From NCBI GenBank assembly GCA_026023565.1, contig JAPETS010000001.1, forward strand, positions 558,001-622,000: 64,000 nt of DNA. Direction: 5' to 3'. A program made the position numbers and the translations under genes. The notes under the pieces were generated by a model. It did not search any database. It saw only the letters and a program-made list of their open reading frames with translations, and had not been told where the DNA came from. Origin of the DNA: Cirrosporium novae-zelandiae. Its lineage: Eukaryota. Positions 1 to 12,985 of the stretch are shown in pieces (the stretch's first letter is position 1; every line of letters starts with the position of its first letter).

Positions 1-703
1 CGTTATGCAGAATGTCCTCGTGGTTGGTGGCTTTGGTGCCTCTGAGTATCTTTTCCAACAAATAAAACTCCACGTACCTCCGCAATTCCAATCCAAAGTT
101 GTTCGGCCGATGGATTCTGTCGCTGCTATTGTCAAGGGCGCTGTTACTGCTGGCATTACGGAACGGGTCGTTACATCTCGTGTCGCCCGCCGACATTATC
201 TGATGGCAACCCTCCAGCCTTTCAAAGAAGGCCACCATCCCGAGCAATATCGTGTGCCAAGTCTTGACGGGAAGGATAGATGCAAATACACGAGGCAAAT
301 ATTTGTGCACAAAGGGGAGAGGGTCAAGATTGGAGAGCCGGTCAAAGTTAGCTTCTTTAGGCAAGTTGCTCCAGGGGCATCGTTGATGTACGAGGATATC
401 CTCTATGCTTGTGATGAGGATGTATGCCCAGAATACACAAAAGATCCCCGTAAGTTCCATTAGTTTCACTCTGCAGAGGTCGAAAACTGACGTCTATAAT
501 CAGGCATCAAGGAAGTCGTCACCTTAACATCTGATCTTTCCCGCAAAAACCTCGAAAAGGATTTCGAGAGAATGGACACCCCCCAAGGGACTTTCTATCG
601 TGTATATTTCGACATCTACCTTACTCTAGACGGCTCTGAATTCAATGCCGAATTGGTCTGCCAGGGTGAAGTCATGGGAAGATGCTCAGCAAGATTCAGA
701 TAA
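1..703 (+). CDS. Hsp70-like (HSPA12-type fungal) protein, C-terminal part; gene starts before the window
   Basis: VLVVGGFGASEYL and AIVKGA actin-like ATPase motifs. Intron 450-503 (GTAAGT...CTGAC...CAG) joins to an exon ending ...GRCSARFR* (TAA 701-703). Confidence 0.8.
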
Positions 704-1872
704 ATCCATCAAGACCCCAATCTATCTCTTTTGGAATTACGGAAATTCTCGGTCAGGGTACATACAGACTTCGGCAACCAAAATACAACTAGTAACAGAT
801 TTCTGCGGATGGCGTCCTTGAGTATCGTGCTTGGCTTCCCCAACATGAATTGCGATTAACGGCCTCGTGATACTTTCCTATACCGCATGTTTGGCGACAC
901 TATTTGGGCGTTGTGCTTTTGACTCGCCCTTTTCATGTGGACGTTTTAATGAATGATACTCCTTCTTTGAGATACACCAATTGGCTTTATTTCTGTTCAA
1001 TGGTGATGTGAGGCGCTGGATGGATAGCAGGTTTCTTTTTTTCCCTTTCGAGGCCACATCACGATTAAATTGGGTGAACGGCATGGTCGGACGGAAGGAT
1101 GGATGTCCTCAGACTAGGTACTCTAGGGGTATGTTCTGTTGTTCTTTAGTTTATGGACTGATGGTATATCTTCTTATCGGGGTGGCCTGGAAGAGAGTTA
1201 GCTATAGATGAACAGGTACAACAAGCGTCCGTCTGTAGGTTTTTATACCTACACTCATCATGTGATTAGGGAAGTGAGAATTGAAAAGATAGTGTTTTTC
1301 AGCAGATGTCTGGCAATATTTAATTTTATCGAAAGCAAGTTCGTGTAATGCAAGGTAGGAGGAGATCGTTCAAAGGATGCACAAGGTCACTGATTATGCT
1401 GGGTAGCAAATAACTGGATTCTGTTCAATTTGAGAAGCTCAGGGGAAAGTGGAGGCTCTCCGGAGAAAGAGTGCGACGTATACCATGGGAAAGTAGTACT
1501 TGGGACAAAATACATAATGGCATTCATCCATATGTTGCATTGCGGAACTGATGGGACACTTGGGAAATCGGATAACATGACTTTCCAAAGCAATTGGATG
1601 ATTTATGAAGTGATAGAGACCAGATCTATGGCATGAAAATAATCCTTCAATCGGATGTCGGATTTATTTTCATCATGTTTTAAATCTCTAAAGATATTTT
1701 AGATGATTTTATGAAGACGATGTAATGCCATGGCCAGATTGTTATCCGAAGAAAACCCGAGCCATACTATGGAAAACGGGGAGCGTTACTTTTATATCCT
1801 TAGATCGGAAAGGTTTGCCTATTGCTTCGGCCAGGTGACTGGTACCGAACAGGGAGGTTAGACCGCGTGTTT

Positions 1873-1914
1873 GTGGAGTTGGAGATTAGTTGGGGATTTT
1901 CTGGGGATCTCCAG
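1873..1914. promoter_or_regulatory. Cluster of three CreA/Cre1-type SYGGRG sites upstream of the GH51 gene
   Basis: GTGGAG 1873-1878, CTGGGG 1901-1906, CTCCAG (reverse complement CTGGAG) 1909-1914. Short motif, so chance occurrence is possible. Confidence 0.35.
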
Positions 1915-2188
1915 ACCGGCAATTATCCCTACAGTGTGGGTGATTCCCCACATCACCTTTTCTTCATGAATCATTCATGTATGCAACAGCTGTCTATGAC
2001 CGGAATTCTCTGACCGAATTCCGCTATACTGCCACTGACTACCTCTATCTATTCACCTTAATAATTATAATCACTAATCTTTGAATTGGCCATGAACATG
2101 TCTTCAATTGCTTTAAAAGCCCGTGTCGTCTTAACCGTGGAAGAAATGGTAGCTTCGACTGGTCCAATTCCATCTACATACCGACGAA

Positions 2189-4562
2189 ATGTTGAGATCA
2201 TTTGCAGCCGCTGTTGCTGGCGCTGTCGCCTTTATTGGTTTGGCCGATACCATTCCTGTCGCCAAAAAACCATTAATTCAGAAACGGGATGATATCAATA
2301 CCAGTGCTTCGGTTGAGCTTTCAATTACCACCAAGAGCGGAACACGTAATGATACTTCGCCTTTGCTATATGGCTGGATGTTTGAGGATATCAATGTAAG
2401 GTCTACCATATATCATCTATGCCATTGAACCAGGCTGACCCATCTTTAGCATTCTGGCGAGGGTGGCCTCTACGCTGAGATGATTACCAATCGAGCTTTT
2501 CAAGGTATATATTCCGTACATGAGACATTGTTACTGGTGCATTTTAACACGTTTCTCTAGGTTCAACCGTTACCACGGGATCTATCGATGGGCTGGATGG
2601 CTATGTTATTATTAGCTCTGAGAATCCAATCCAACCATATGGACCGGTCTTGACAGGTTGGTCTGGGATTGGAGATGTCAGGTTGTCTCTAGATTCTCTG
2701 CACCCCCTTTCTGACACCATACCCACCTGTCTCCGTGTGGATGTCTTTTCGAATGCTACTGGCGAAGTTGGCATTCTCAACTATGGTCAGTTACTGGAAA
2801 GGAATGCCATTTTATATCTTATTAATGACATCTAGGATGGTGGGGAATGGATGTCAGTCCACAGACCTATAATGCATCGTTTTACGTTGTTGCCAATGCC
2901 CCGGTTTACTCGGGGAATTTGACAGGCTTCAACGTTTCACTTCGGTCAAACCTCACAAACGATATCTGGGCTACACAACACATACCATTGACACACAATC
3001 TCTCCACATTCGATTATGATTATTTCGAAACCCAGATCGTCAATACTGTACAGGCACCTTACTCGAACAACACTTTCGCAATCACCATGAACGCTTCAGA
3101 GGTCGCCGGAAGCACGTTTTACTTTGATCTGATTAGCTTGTTTCCTGAGACTTTCAAGGGAAGAAAAAACGGCCTTCGAAAGGACTTGGCACAAACCGTT
3201 TATGATTTAAAACCATCTTTCCTGAGATTCCCCGGTGGTAATAACCTCGAGGGATACTCCGTGTTGACACACTGGAAATGGAATGAAACCATTGGGTAGG
3301 TTATAGTATAAATCTGCTTAGACACTGCTAACTTACTCCCTAGCCCTCTCCGTTACCGCAAGGGTAGCTTCGGCAACTGGAATTACTGGAATACCAACGG
3401 CCTTGGCCTTCTCGAATTTCTTGAATGGTGTGAAGACATGGAAATGGAACCGGTTCTCGCTATTTACGCCGGATTTTCCCTTGATATCCACGGCTCAACA
3501 GGCACCACTTATCCAAAATCCAAGTTCGACGAGCTTCTTCAAGATGCTCTTGACGAAATTGAATATTGCATGGGCGACACTAATACGAAATACGGAGCAC
3601 TGCGCGCTGAGCATGGCCATCCTGAACCTGTTGAGATTCGTTACATAGAAATAGGTAATGAAGACTACCTCTCAAATACCTATAGCTGGCGTCTACCTTA
3701 CTTTCACGATGGTATCAAGGCTAAATATCCCAATATGAAGTTTATCTCAACACAGTACGACGAGGATAAGGATGGGGCTGCTGGTGGCTATCCATACATC
3801 ACCGATGGTTATAACGTGAGCCTGCCTTCTGGTGCACTCTGGGATACTCATCACTATCGAACGCCATCCTATTTCTTGGAGTCGTTCAACTTCTACGACA
3901 ACTGGCAAGAAGAGACAGGCAACACGGATAACGGCGTCATGATTGGCGAGTATTCTGTCTTTCAAATCGACACTGAGGATGGTGAAATTGATTGGACCAT
4001 GCCTGTCGGTATCCATATCTTCTATCCACAGCTTTTATCCGCCATCTCTGAAGGTGTTTATCTCCTCGGTGCAGAACGCAACCCCAACGCCGTAAAGATG
4101 TCTTCATATGCCCCGTCTCTCCAGAATTTCAACTGGTACAACTGGACACCCAACCTCATTGCCTTTACTGCGAACCCCAACGAGACTATTTGCTCTGTCT
4201 CTTACTACCAGCAGCAACTTATGAATACCTACCGCGGTACAGAGACTCTTCCTGTCACGAACTCAAAGGGGGGTTTTGACCCTCTCTGGTGGGGTGCCAC
4301 CATCGATACCGAGAAAAATTACATTTATCTCAAGGTCATTAACTCAGGTAACAGCTCGGTTCCATTAACCGCTGATTTTGATGTCACCTATTCCGGTGTC
4401 AACGGAACTATCTTGACGAGCGATGAAGTGTCAGACATCAATTACATCAACAACAGAACCGCAGTTGTTCCTCAAACGCTAAACATTACATCCGCTTCGG
4501 GGGATACGTTTGAGTGGGATGTTCCAAGTTATTCGATTACTGTGTTGCAGTTTGACTTATAA
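2189..4562 (+). CDS. Secreted GH51 alpha-L-arabinofuranosidase (multi-exon)
   Basis: Signal peptide; LYGWMFEDIN|HSGEGGLYAEMITNRAFQ after splicing intron 2396-2449; RFPGGNNLEG, IEIGNED, IGEYSV, AERN...MSSYAP motifs typical of fungal GH51; four introns. Confidence 0.92.
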
Positions 4563-5876
4563 TGGATGACATATATGATTAATGAAAGTATGGTATAAGT
4601 AATTGACGAAAAAAAGGATAAAAAATGATGTTCGGCAGTGCCAACTGCTATGAAGTGGTATCTGTTACACCTATATTGCTGTATATATCTCGAATATGAC
4701 AATGTCAACCCCTTATCATCAAGGGTCTAGGCTGAGACGGCCACGAAAATCATGTCGCATATTGTATATCCCGACATTAAAGGATTGAAACTATCCATGT
4801 AAAACCAAGCAACAAGCCTAAAAAGTATCAATATTTGACAACTTGAAATATGAATCACCACAAAAATTATTTTCATGTTGACTCGACTCATGTCTAGAAT
4901 TATAATGTTAGCCGTAGATGACTAGTTGGGATTGTTGGCATCAAAGAGCCCTCCCTCAAACATTAGGCTGCTGGTTGCTTGATTGGGAAATGCGCAATGA
5001 TGAATTTTCTGACCTGAGACGGCCATCGACGAGGATCAATGATTGGTAAGAGTGATAGATGGCGAAGCAAAAAGGGGTTTAGTAGGGGTGGGGCAGGCAA
5101 ATAAGGTCGACCTTTAAGCTCATACGCAACCCAAAACTGACGACGCTTCATCCTCCACCCCTGGTTCATGCCAACATCTTTTTGGCGGTTCTCAGCCCTA
5201 TGACAACCAAAGGATTTTGTCAAACTACAAATCCAGATGCTGTCTAAATTTTCCGAGTCGTTCCAAATGATACGAGGCGTAGTAAAAGCCTTGTGGTTGA
5301 TACACGCTACACCAATTTCAAAGGTCTTGAGAGCCTATCATCATCACCGGCACCAAAAGTCTTCTTTAAGTTCATTATTTATGAATGTTCCCCTTTACTT
5401 GTCTGTAACGTCCATCACATACCATCGTGTGAGATGGCCAAATGTATATCATGGACAAAGGGATCGCCATGCGGGGGTGGCTTGCGTTATCACCACAGGC
5501 GCTGGGCCCTCAGCTTCAGGGTTGAAAGTATGTTGCTGTCTAGCTAACCGAGCTTAAGTTGCCTTCCACGAGATGGCTATGCTTCTTGCACACCTGTGAC
5601 AGCTATTTTGGTAAGGACCCTTGATCTGGGCCGCAACATCATTGTATAAGACCTTGGGTCATCTCATTCATGTCTGCATTCTTTGTCCTCGATTCAGAAC
5701 AAGCAAATCCCCCCAACCTTTCAACCCTCAACTCATCTAGTAGCTCTTGTTGATCCGAAAGCGTTAATACTTTACTACTCATCTTTTCGTCATTACTCAT
5801 ATTTAATACACCGCTAGACCCCCTTTTCAACCGCATACCATCCCGAAGTTTATATTCTTGACATTCCAATACCAAC

Positions 5877-6737
5877 ATGCATTTCTTCCATTCAGTAGTC
5901 TCAGCGCTTGCTCTTGCCGGCTTGGCTCTTGGTGAGAAGACTACAGAGTCCTCAAGTTCAGCAACTTCCTCATCGTCCTCAGGCAAAGTGAAGGTGCAAG
6001 TTGTTAAAGTCAGTAACAAAGAAGGAAACTTGACATTTACCCCGGACAGTATCACCGCTGAAGCCGGTTCCATGGTTCAATTCCATTTCTATCCAAGTGT
6101 AAGTAAACGTTGCTTGGGAACTTTGGGGGGGGGTATGCTAATTGTTGGACAGAATCACTCCGTTGTACAGGCTACTTTCGACGAACCCTGTGTGCCAATC
6201 AACAACGTCAACAAGAGCGTGACAGGCTTCTATTCAGGATTCATGCCCACAACATTGAGCGCAAAGACCACACCCGTGTATACATTGATGATTAATGATA
6301 CAAAGCCAATTTGGTTCTACTGCTCGCAGGCCACGCATTGCCAAGCGGGAATGGTGGGCGCTATTAATGTGTAAGTAGACCTGTAGATGAAGCAATTAGG
6401 AATTTCTTACTGACTGCTTTTTAGGGACCCTTCGGCGAATAAGACTCGTACCTTGGCAAATTTCAAGGAACTTGCAGCCAAAGCGAGCGAGAACCTATCG
6501 CCTGGCCAGTCAAGCACATCATCATCATCTTCTTCTTCGTCAAGCGGTTCATCTTCTTCCGGTTCTTCGTCAGGTACATCTTCATCGAATTCTTCATCGA
6601 CGTCAGGAAATTCAAGCTCTTCTGCGACCGGAGCAGCTTCCACGGGCGGAGCAGGATCTCTCTCTGGAGGTCTCAAGTATGTTAGCGGTGCTGGCATCGC
6701 ATGTTTCGTGGTGGCACTTGTTAGTGCCTGGTTGTAA
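5877..6737 (+). CDS. Extracellular serine-rich cupredoxin-domain protein, probable GPI anchor
   Basis: Signal peptide; FTPDSITAEAGSMVQFHF, NHSVVQ..FDEPC, PIWFYCSQATHCQAGMVGAIN (H/C/H/M type-1 copper ligand pattern); Ser-rich stalk and hydrophobic C-terminus; introns 6099-6152 and 6371-6424. Confidence 0.85.
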
Positions 6738-7113
6738 AATGATTAATGATTGGACATGAAAAGTCAAGGCGATTTGAATGATAGGTTTATATAAGATGGG
6801 ACTGCTCTATATTTTCCCCTAGACTTTTGGAGTTAACAATTTCAACTGTATCAATGAAGTTTACTATTATAATTAAAGCATCTGCTTCCTCAATGTAACA
6901 ATACAGTAGACTAGTAGTGCTATGATTAGATTGCTATAAAGTAAATGGACGTGCCTCGCGAACGGAACGCGCTAAACTCAGGCTCATCAACGTAAATACC
7001 AGGAACCAACAAATTCCGCGTAACTCTTGAGCTCCAAACCCAATTGCTATGGCACTTTCATCCTAGTATTCAAGATAAAATCACTACAATATCTATCGGA
7101 TCAAAACAAAGAT

Positions 7114-8408
7114 ATGGCAGATGCAGAACAAATATCCAACTCTCTCTTGACCGAGCACTTTACATATACTCCCCTTGTAAGTGATATGACCCCTCCCCGA
7201 GATGAAGCTTTTACTTACTTGCCCCTCCTAGTCCTTCATCGACGATACAATCAACCGCGTCAACGAAATAATATACCAGTTCATTCCCCAACTCGAAGCT
7301 TCTCTCTTAGATGCCGACCCCGCAACTCTAGGATTTCGCAAACCCGACAAGCACCCATCATCATCCCGCCACCACAGCCACAACCACGACCAGGAAGATG
7401 CGGCCGCCGTAGAAGACAAGTCACGCGCCGAGATTGAAAATGGAGTAAACCAATTGGAAACATTACTGGAAGCGACATTGGACAAGAATTTCGATCGGTT
7501 TGAACTGTATTGCTTGAATAATATTTTCAAGATACCACCGGAGTTGGGGGGATGGGTGAAGTTGAAGCATTATGAGGTTAGTTTGGTTCGACTGTTACTT
7601 TTTGAGAAGATTTATGGATTATATTATATTATATAATATCATGGCATTGCATTGCACAACAGAACAATCATGACGACAGACTGAACCAGCTAACCTAACC
7701 TGTTTTATAACATATAAATAGGGCCTTACACCTCCGCCTCCGCCTCCGCAGACAGAGGATCCATCCAACACCACCACCGCCACTTCATCATCACAGCACC
7801 AACAACCGACCCCCCAATCCCTCACTCACCTCCGCCGAAAGCTACGAGAGACGCAAAAGCTCCACTCGGCTCTAACAGCCGAATCCACACGAAATGCAGC
7901 CCTGATATCCTCCCTCCACTCACTTCTTTTAGGAGGAGGAGGGGCAGCCACCACCACCACCATAACAACCTCCCCCACACAAAAGAAATCCCACTCACCA
8001 TCCCCACCAAACCCAAATCCAACCCAAGAAACCACCCCCACTCCCACCCTCTCATTCCTCAACTCCACCAACACCAACAACCTAACAACCCAAACCCACT
8101 TCCTCCTAACCCAGCTCCCAGCCCTCCAAGCCCTCCTCTCGACCCTTCGCCCCACCCTCTCAACCCTCCCCCGCGCAGTCGAAGACGTAGATTGGAAGGG
8201 TAGTAAAGCCGAGGAGAGGCGCCGGTATATCGAGGGTAGGACCAGACGGCATCTGAGAAGGAAGTTCGGATTGGCGCCGGGGGAGGGCGGGGATGCGGAT
8301 GTGGGGAGGAGGGTTGGGGAGGGGGAGGTGGGGTTTTTGGAGGGGTTTTTGGGTGGTGGGGATGGTGAAGATGGGGATGAGGGTGACGGTGATCGGATGG
8401 AGGAATGA
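7114..8408 (+). CDS. mis12: Kinetochore protein Mis12/Mtw1
   Basis: LLTEHFTYTPL|SFIDDTINRVN, EIENGVNQLETLLEATLDKNFDRFELY..NIF, ERRRYIE; introns 7177-7231 and 7577-7721; TGA 8406-8408. Confidence 0.88.
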
Positions 8409-8626
8409 TTGATTGATTAATCAATTGATTAGATTACTTACTACGTTCCTTAGGATATGTACCCTGGTCGGTTCGATGTATATATATTATACCTAACATG
8501 GTCACGTTTTATGTTTTTACGTTATACTACACCTTACCCCATCACACACACACAACACACACACGCCTTTCATAATTACCACAAAGTTGATTCATTAGCA
8601 ACTAGACTAAGAACTATATTCAATAA

Positions 8627-8666
<40 letters not shown>

Positions 8667-9518
8667 TGCCATAAATAAATAATAACTAACTCTCTTTTAA
8701 TTTAGCTTGCTTGCTTGCTTGCTCTTGAGTTAGACTAAACTTATAGGCTAGAAATGTAATTTTTTTTTTTTGAGACATAGGAGCTAAACTGGCTCGGCTC
8801 CTTAGAAATAATAATTAGGATAGGATAAGGAGGGAAGTTCTAATAAGAATGCTTCTGGCTTATATATATATATATAAACATTCACATGGAACTCATAGAA
8901 CTAGACTTGATCACCAATTTTATTTATTTTGCCTTTCCTTACCAACTACGACTTCTAATCTATCCCTTCCCCAACAATAGCCAAGTTATATCTACATCAC
9001 AAACCACGGCTTCTTATCCATATATCCCATATAACCCATATTTACACATTCCATCAAAGAGATAGAGGTGAATAATATAATTTTTTTTTTAAAAAAAACC
9101 AGAATTTGTGGATATTTCCTCCCTTCCCTTCCCTCTTCTTTGCAAAGTAAAGTCAGTTAGTTACACTAGTGGCTATAATGTAATGTAATGTTGCCCCCGT
9201 CCCTCCCTATGAATAAAATGAACTATGCTTGTTTGGTTTGTTTGTCCCCTTGCCTTGCCTTGTCTTTGCCTGACTGCCTTGCTATGTGTGGCAACAACAA
9301 CAACACCATTTTCTCTCGCCCAAAAACTCCGTTTGGCCATGAAAACATCCACCACCATTCAGGGAAAAAAGAAAGAAAAAAAATCAAATATTCACAAGGG
9401 ATGAATACACACACGCATTGTGTGAGAGAGAAAATTCTCACAATTCATCCATTCACTTCACTTCACTTTATCCACTCTCTCATCGCTTTCTCTTGAAGGA
9501 GTTAAAAAAAGTTCCCCT

Positions 9519-12396
9519 TTACTCTTTACCAGCGACACCCACTTTCTCCAACGCTCCTCTGATTTCTTCAATCGGTCTTCCCAAATCTCTAGATAATGCA
9601 TCTCTCATGCCTAATACTCTTCTGTCCACCTCCTCTTCATTCATACTTAGCAGCTTGGCAACAAATTTCCGATAGGCTGCTTCTTTATCCGAGCTACGTT
9701 CTTCGGCCTCCTTGTTCCACGCCTCCAGTTGTTGGTTGTTGGCTTTATAGGCGGCAAGTTGACTGGCGAGTAAAGGAGCAGCTGGAAGTGTTTGAATGTA
9801 TGCGTATTGCGGGGCCGTGAGACGGAGAGGTTTATTTGGTGGAGAGGCTGGTTTGTCTTGTGATAGAGAACTGGTAGAGTGTGGAGGTATTGAGGGCAAG
9901 TTGCTTGCATCGACTCTCCATTTTTTGTCTGCCTCGCCAACCTTCATGTCCGTTCGAATCTTGGCGTCTTTCCCCACATCATCCTTTATCGACATGCTGC
10001 CCACTTTTTCTTTTAGGTCTCGGTTCATGCGTTTTAGATTCTTCATCTTTAGGTCGAAAGCCTCGTGCTCTCGTTTCTTTTTCATTGCTTCTTCGGTTAG
10101 CTTTTTGATATGCGCAATTTGCGCCCGTTGTTCGCGGATTGAAGCATGGACCTTGTCGATTTCTTGCTGTTTGGACTGAAGCTCGCGTTTGGAGATTTCC
10201 GAGGCGTCGTGGATCATTTTTCCAAAGGCTATAGATATAAATTAGTGGTCAAGTGATTGGAAAGGGATATGCGTTGACTTACACGAGGAAAGGCTTTTTC
10301 GTAACTCTTCTACTAGTTCATCGGGCGCGGAATTAGCAGCTGGAGATCTTGTAGAGACGAGGCTCTGTGGAGGTGCTAATCCCTCGATTTCATCGGAAAG
10401 TCCAAAGTCCACAGGCCTCAGGCCACCACGGTTAGCAATATAAGGGTCGGCTTGTATCTCTAGTAGTTGCTTGATTATGCTGCTGTTTGGGTGACTGGCT
10501 TTAACAGCTTGCATCAAGGCGGTATTCCCACCATTATCTTGTGCGTTGACTATATCCCCGATAAACTGTGCGATGCCCATTGGCGTTGGTGTTGTGATAT
10601 CAATAGCAGTCTGTCCGTCAAAGGAGCTCTGTTGGCTATTCGGATTGCTCCCTTTTCGTACTATGAATTCGAGGAGGGTTTCGAGGTAGTATTTACTACA
10701 TAGTGCTCGCCCATCTATAGCTGCAGAAACGACAATGTGGTGTAGAATCGTTCTGCCCAAGCCATCTCTCATCCCAATGGTAGGACAGAGAAGCTCCAAT
10801 ACTTGTGGGAAGGCCTTTTGATCGAAAGCATTAATAGCCAGAACCGCTGTCATCAAGGGTGTTTCGCCTCCGGAGCTAACACGAAAGATGCTTGCGCCCC
10901 TTGTTATGAGTGCTTTCATTAGAGGGATCCTTGCCATCGAAGAAGCCCAATGCAGAGTCGTATGCCCAGCAGTATCAACAGGGATGTCAAGATCATCTCC
11001 GGAGAGACCTTGGCTCGCTAGATATTGTTCAGGGTCGACTTCTGTAGATGTGCTGAAGAGAGAAGTGAGGCATCTTTTCTTTTCAATTTCGGCTTCGTTG
11101 GTCGGCATTGGCAAGGGTGGGCGTGCTACTATGCCGCTCATTTGGGTGGAGATGGCACTTTCGTGTTGATGATAAACAAAAGAGTCGTTTGGTTCTGTGG
11201 GAGTCGCATCGCGTATTGAGTGATCGTAAGGTCCACTCCCAACCTGAATCTGTTGATCCTGACTTGAAGTTGGACGCAACCGCTTTCTAGGAGGTTCTTG
11301 AAGGTCACCGTTGGCTGGAATTGAAGGCATCAAGGAACTCTGAGTTGTGTTTGAAGAATCCAACACTCCCCCAAAACTGCTCTCGGAAATAAAGCTTTGC
11401 TGACTCCCTCCGGGAAAGGACTCTTGGCTACCAAACATTTGTTGCGACGATCTTCTTACATTGGGTGGAGGGCGGAATCCACTCACAGGTCGAGGTGCGG
11501 GTGAGTCAAATCTGGCGCGCCCAATTGCACTTACAGCATTGGCCGCAGTGTTTGAGATACTTTTGAAAAAAGTGCCACCTTGAGACTGTGATCGCGGACG
11601 ATCATCAAGCCCCGCCGCATACATGCGCCTGCGCTGGGCTGCCTGTGCTTGCTCTTTTGTGGGCGTGTCATCACCACCCTGGCCGGCTGCTATTCCGCCT
11701 TGACCCATATCGTGTTCTAGAAGGGGTCTCAACAACTCCTCCACTCCATATTGACGACAGAATTCTACACCACGTGGATAGCTAATCCAGGTGCCCTGAT
11801 ACTTTCCATAGCCACCTTGGACCTTCTCATATTCGCCTGCAAGAATCTCTCTTTCTAAAATCTTTGTACGCTTCCCTTTTTCCACTCCAGCTACTTTAAG
11901 AATCTGTGTCGCATTGAGCCAGGAATCTGTTCGTCGCCGCATAACTGCGACGCCATTGACTTCCATTTCATATACTTGCGTGTTGGAATATGTCGCCTGT
12001 GAATAAGTACATTAGCTTTCGGCCACCAGCCTTCAATTGATCTACAAGCACAAGTTTAAGGAGGATGTATCTTACCTTATAGATCTGTGGTCTGAAAGCC
12101 TGAGCATATTCAGGTGCGGGTTGATGCTGCGCATATCCATTGACATCACCATATGCCATGTATCCATTGCGTTGCATTGGCATGCCATTCTGCATACCAT
12201 GGGCGCCCATATTGAAAGATCCTGAATGCTGCATGCCTATTTTGGGTGGGGGGCTGCCTGCAGGGGTCGGGGACATAGATGGGGCACTATTGAAGGAGCT
12301 TTGGGGCGGAACACCGTTGAAAGAGTTGGTGGTGTTATTCCGAGAGAAATTATGGTGTGGATGAAGAGGTGGACCGACTGGCATCGAGGATGCCAT
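9519..12396 (-). CDS. swi6: APSES/KilA-N plus ankyrin G1/S transcription factor, Swi6/Cdc10 orthologue of filamentous fungi
   Basis: YEMEVNGVAVMRRRTDSWLNATQILKVAG...EKVQGGYGKYQGTW; ankyrin repeats (GHTTLHWA, GETPLM, GRTILHH, GNTAL); C-terminal coiled coil; three exons matching ORFs 11968-12396, 10242-11966 and 9519-10217. Confidence 0.88.
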
Positions 12397-12985
12397 ACTC
12401 CGCCCAGTGACAAGGTCACCGGGAAGTTGGCGGAGAAGAAAAGACTAGGATCTTACAACAGTAAGTTTCTGATTAACAGCCAAGTAGAGGAAGCATCCAT
12501 CATGCCTACCTGCAGCATTAACAGGAGAAGGATAGCGACAGATAAACTTGTCTAGAAAATGGGAGAATTTGAGGTTGCCCGAAAAGGGTAATATTGTCGG
12601 GTTGCCCTGCGCGCGTCACAGTCATCCAGCAAAGTCGATGATTAGGTGAATTTTCTTTATTAGCCCGAGTATTATTCTCCTTTTTAGAACCAGAAGCTAC
12701 CTTTGAAGGACAGCTTTGATATGGGTATATCTGGTGTTCAGAGTGCGACAGGTAGGTAAGCCGGGTGCACAGATAGCTGGCGGGTCGCGTTCTTTGAGAT
12801 CTTGAGCGCGTTAAGAGCCGGGTGAAAGAGGGCTGCGTACTCTAAGTTGGGGTTGTGCGGTCATCCCCTTGATTGGCTCGCTTAAAGACGTGAACCTCGG
12901 CATTTGCCATTTGCCATTTGCCATTTATCTACTTTCGAAAGTATCCTATTACCTATCCTTTACTTCTTGACTTCAACTTATCACA

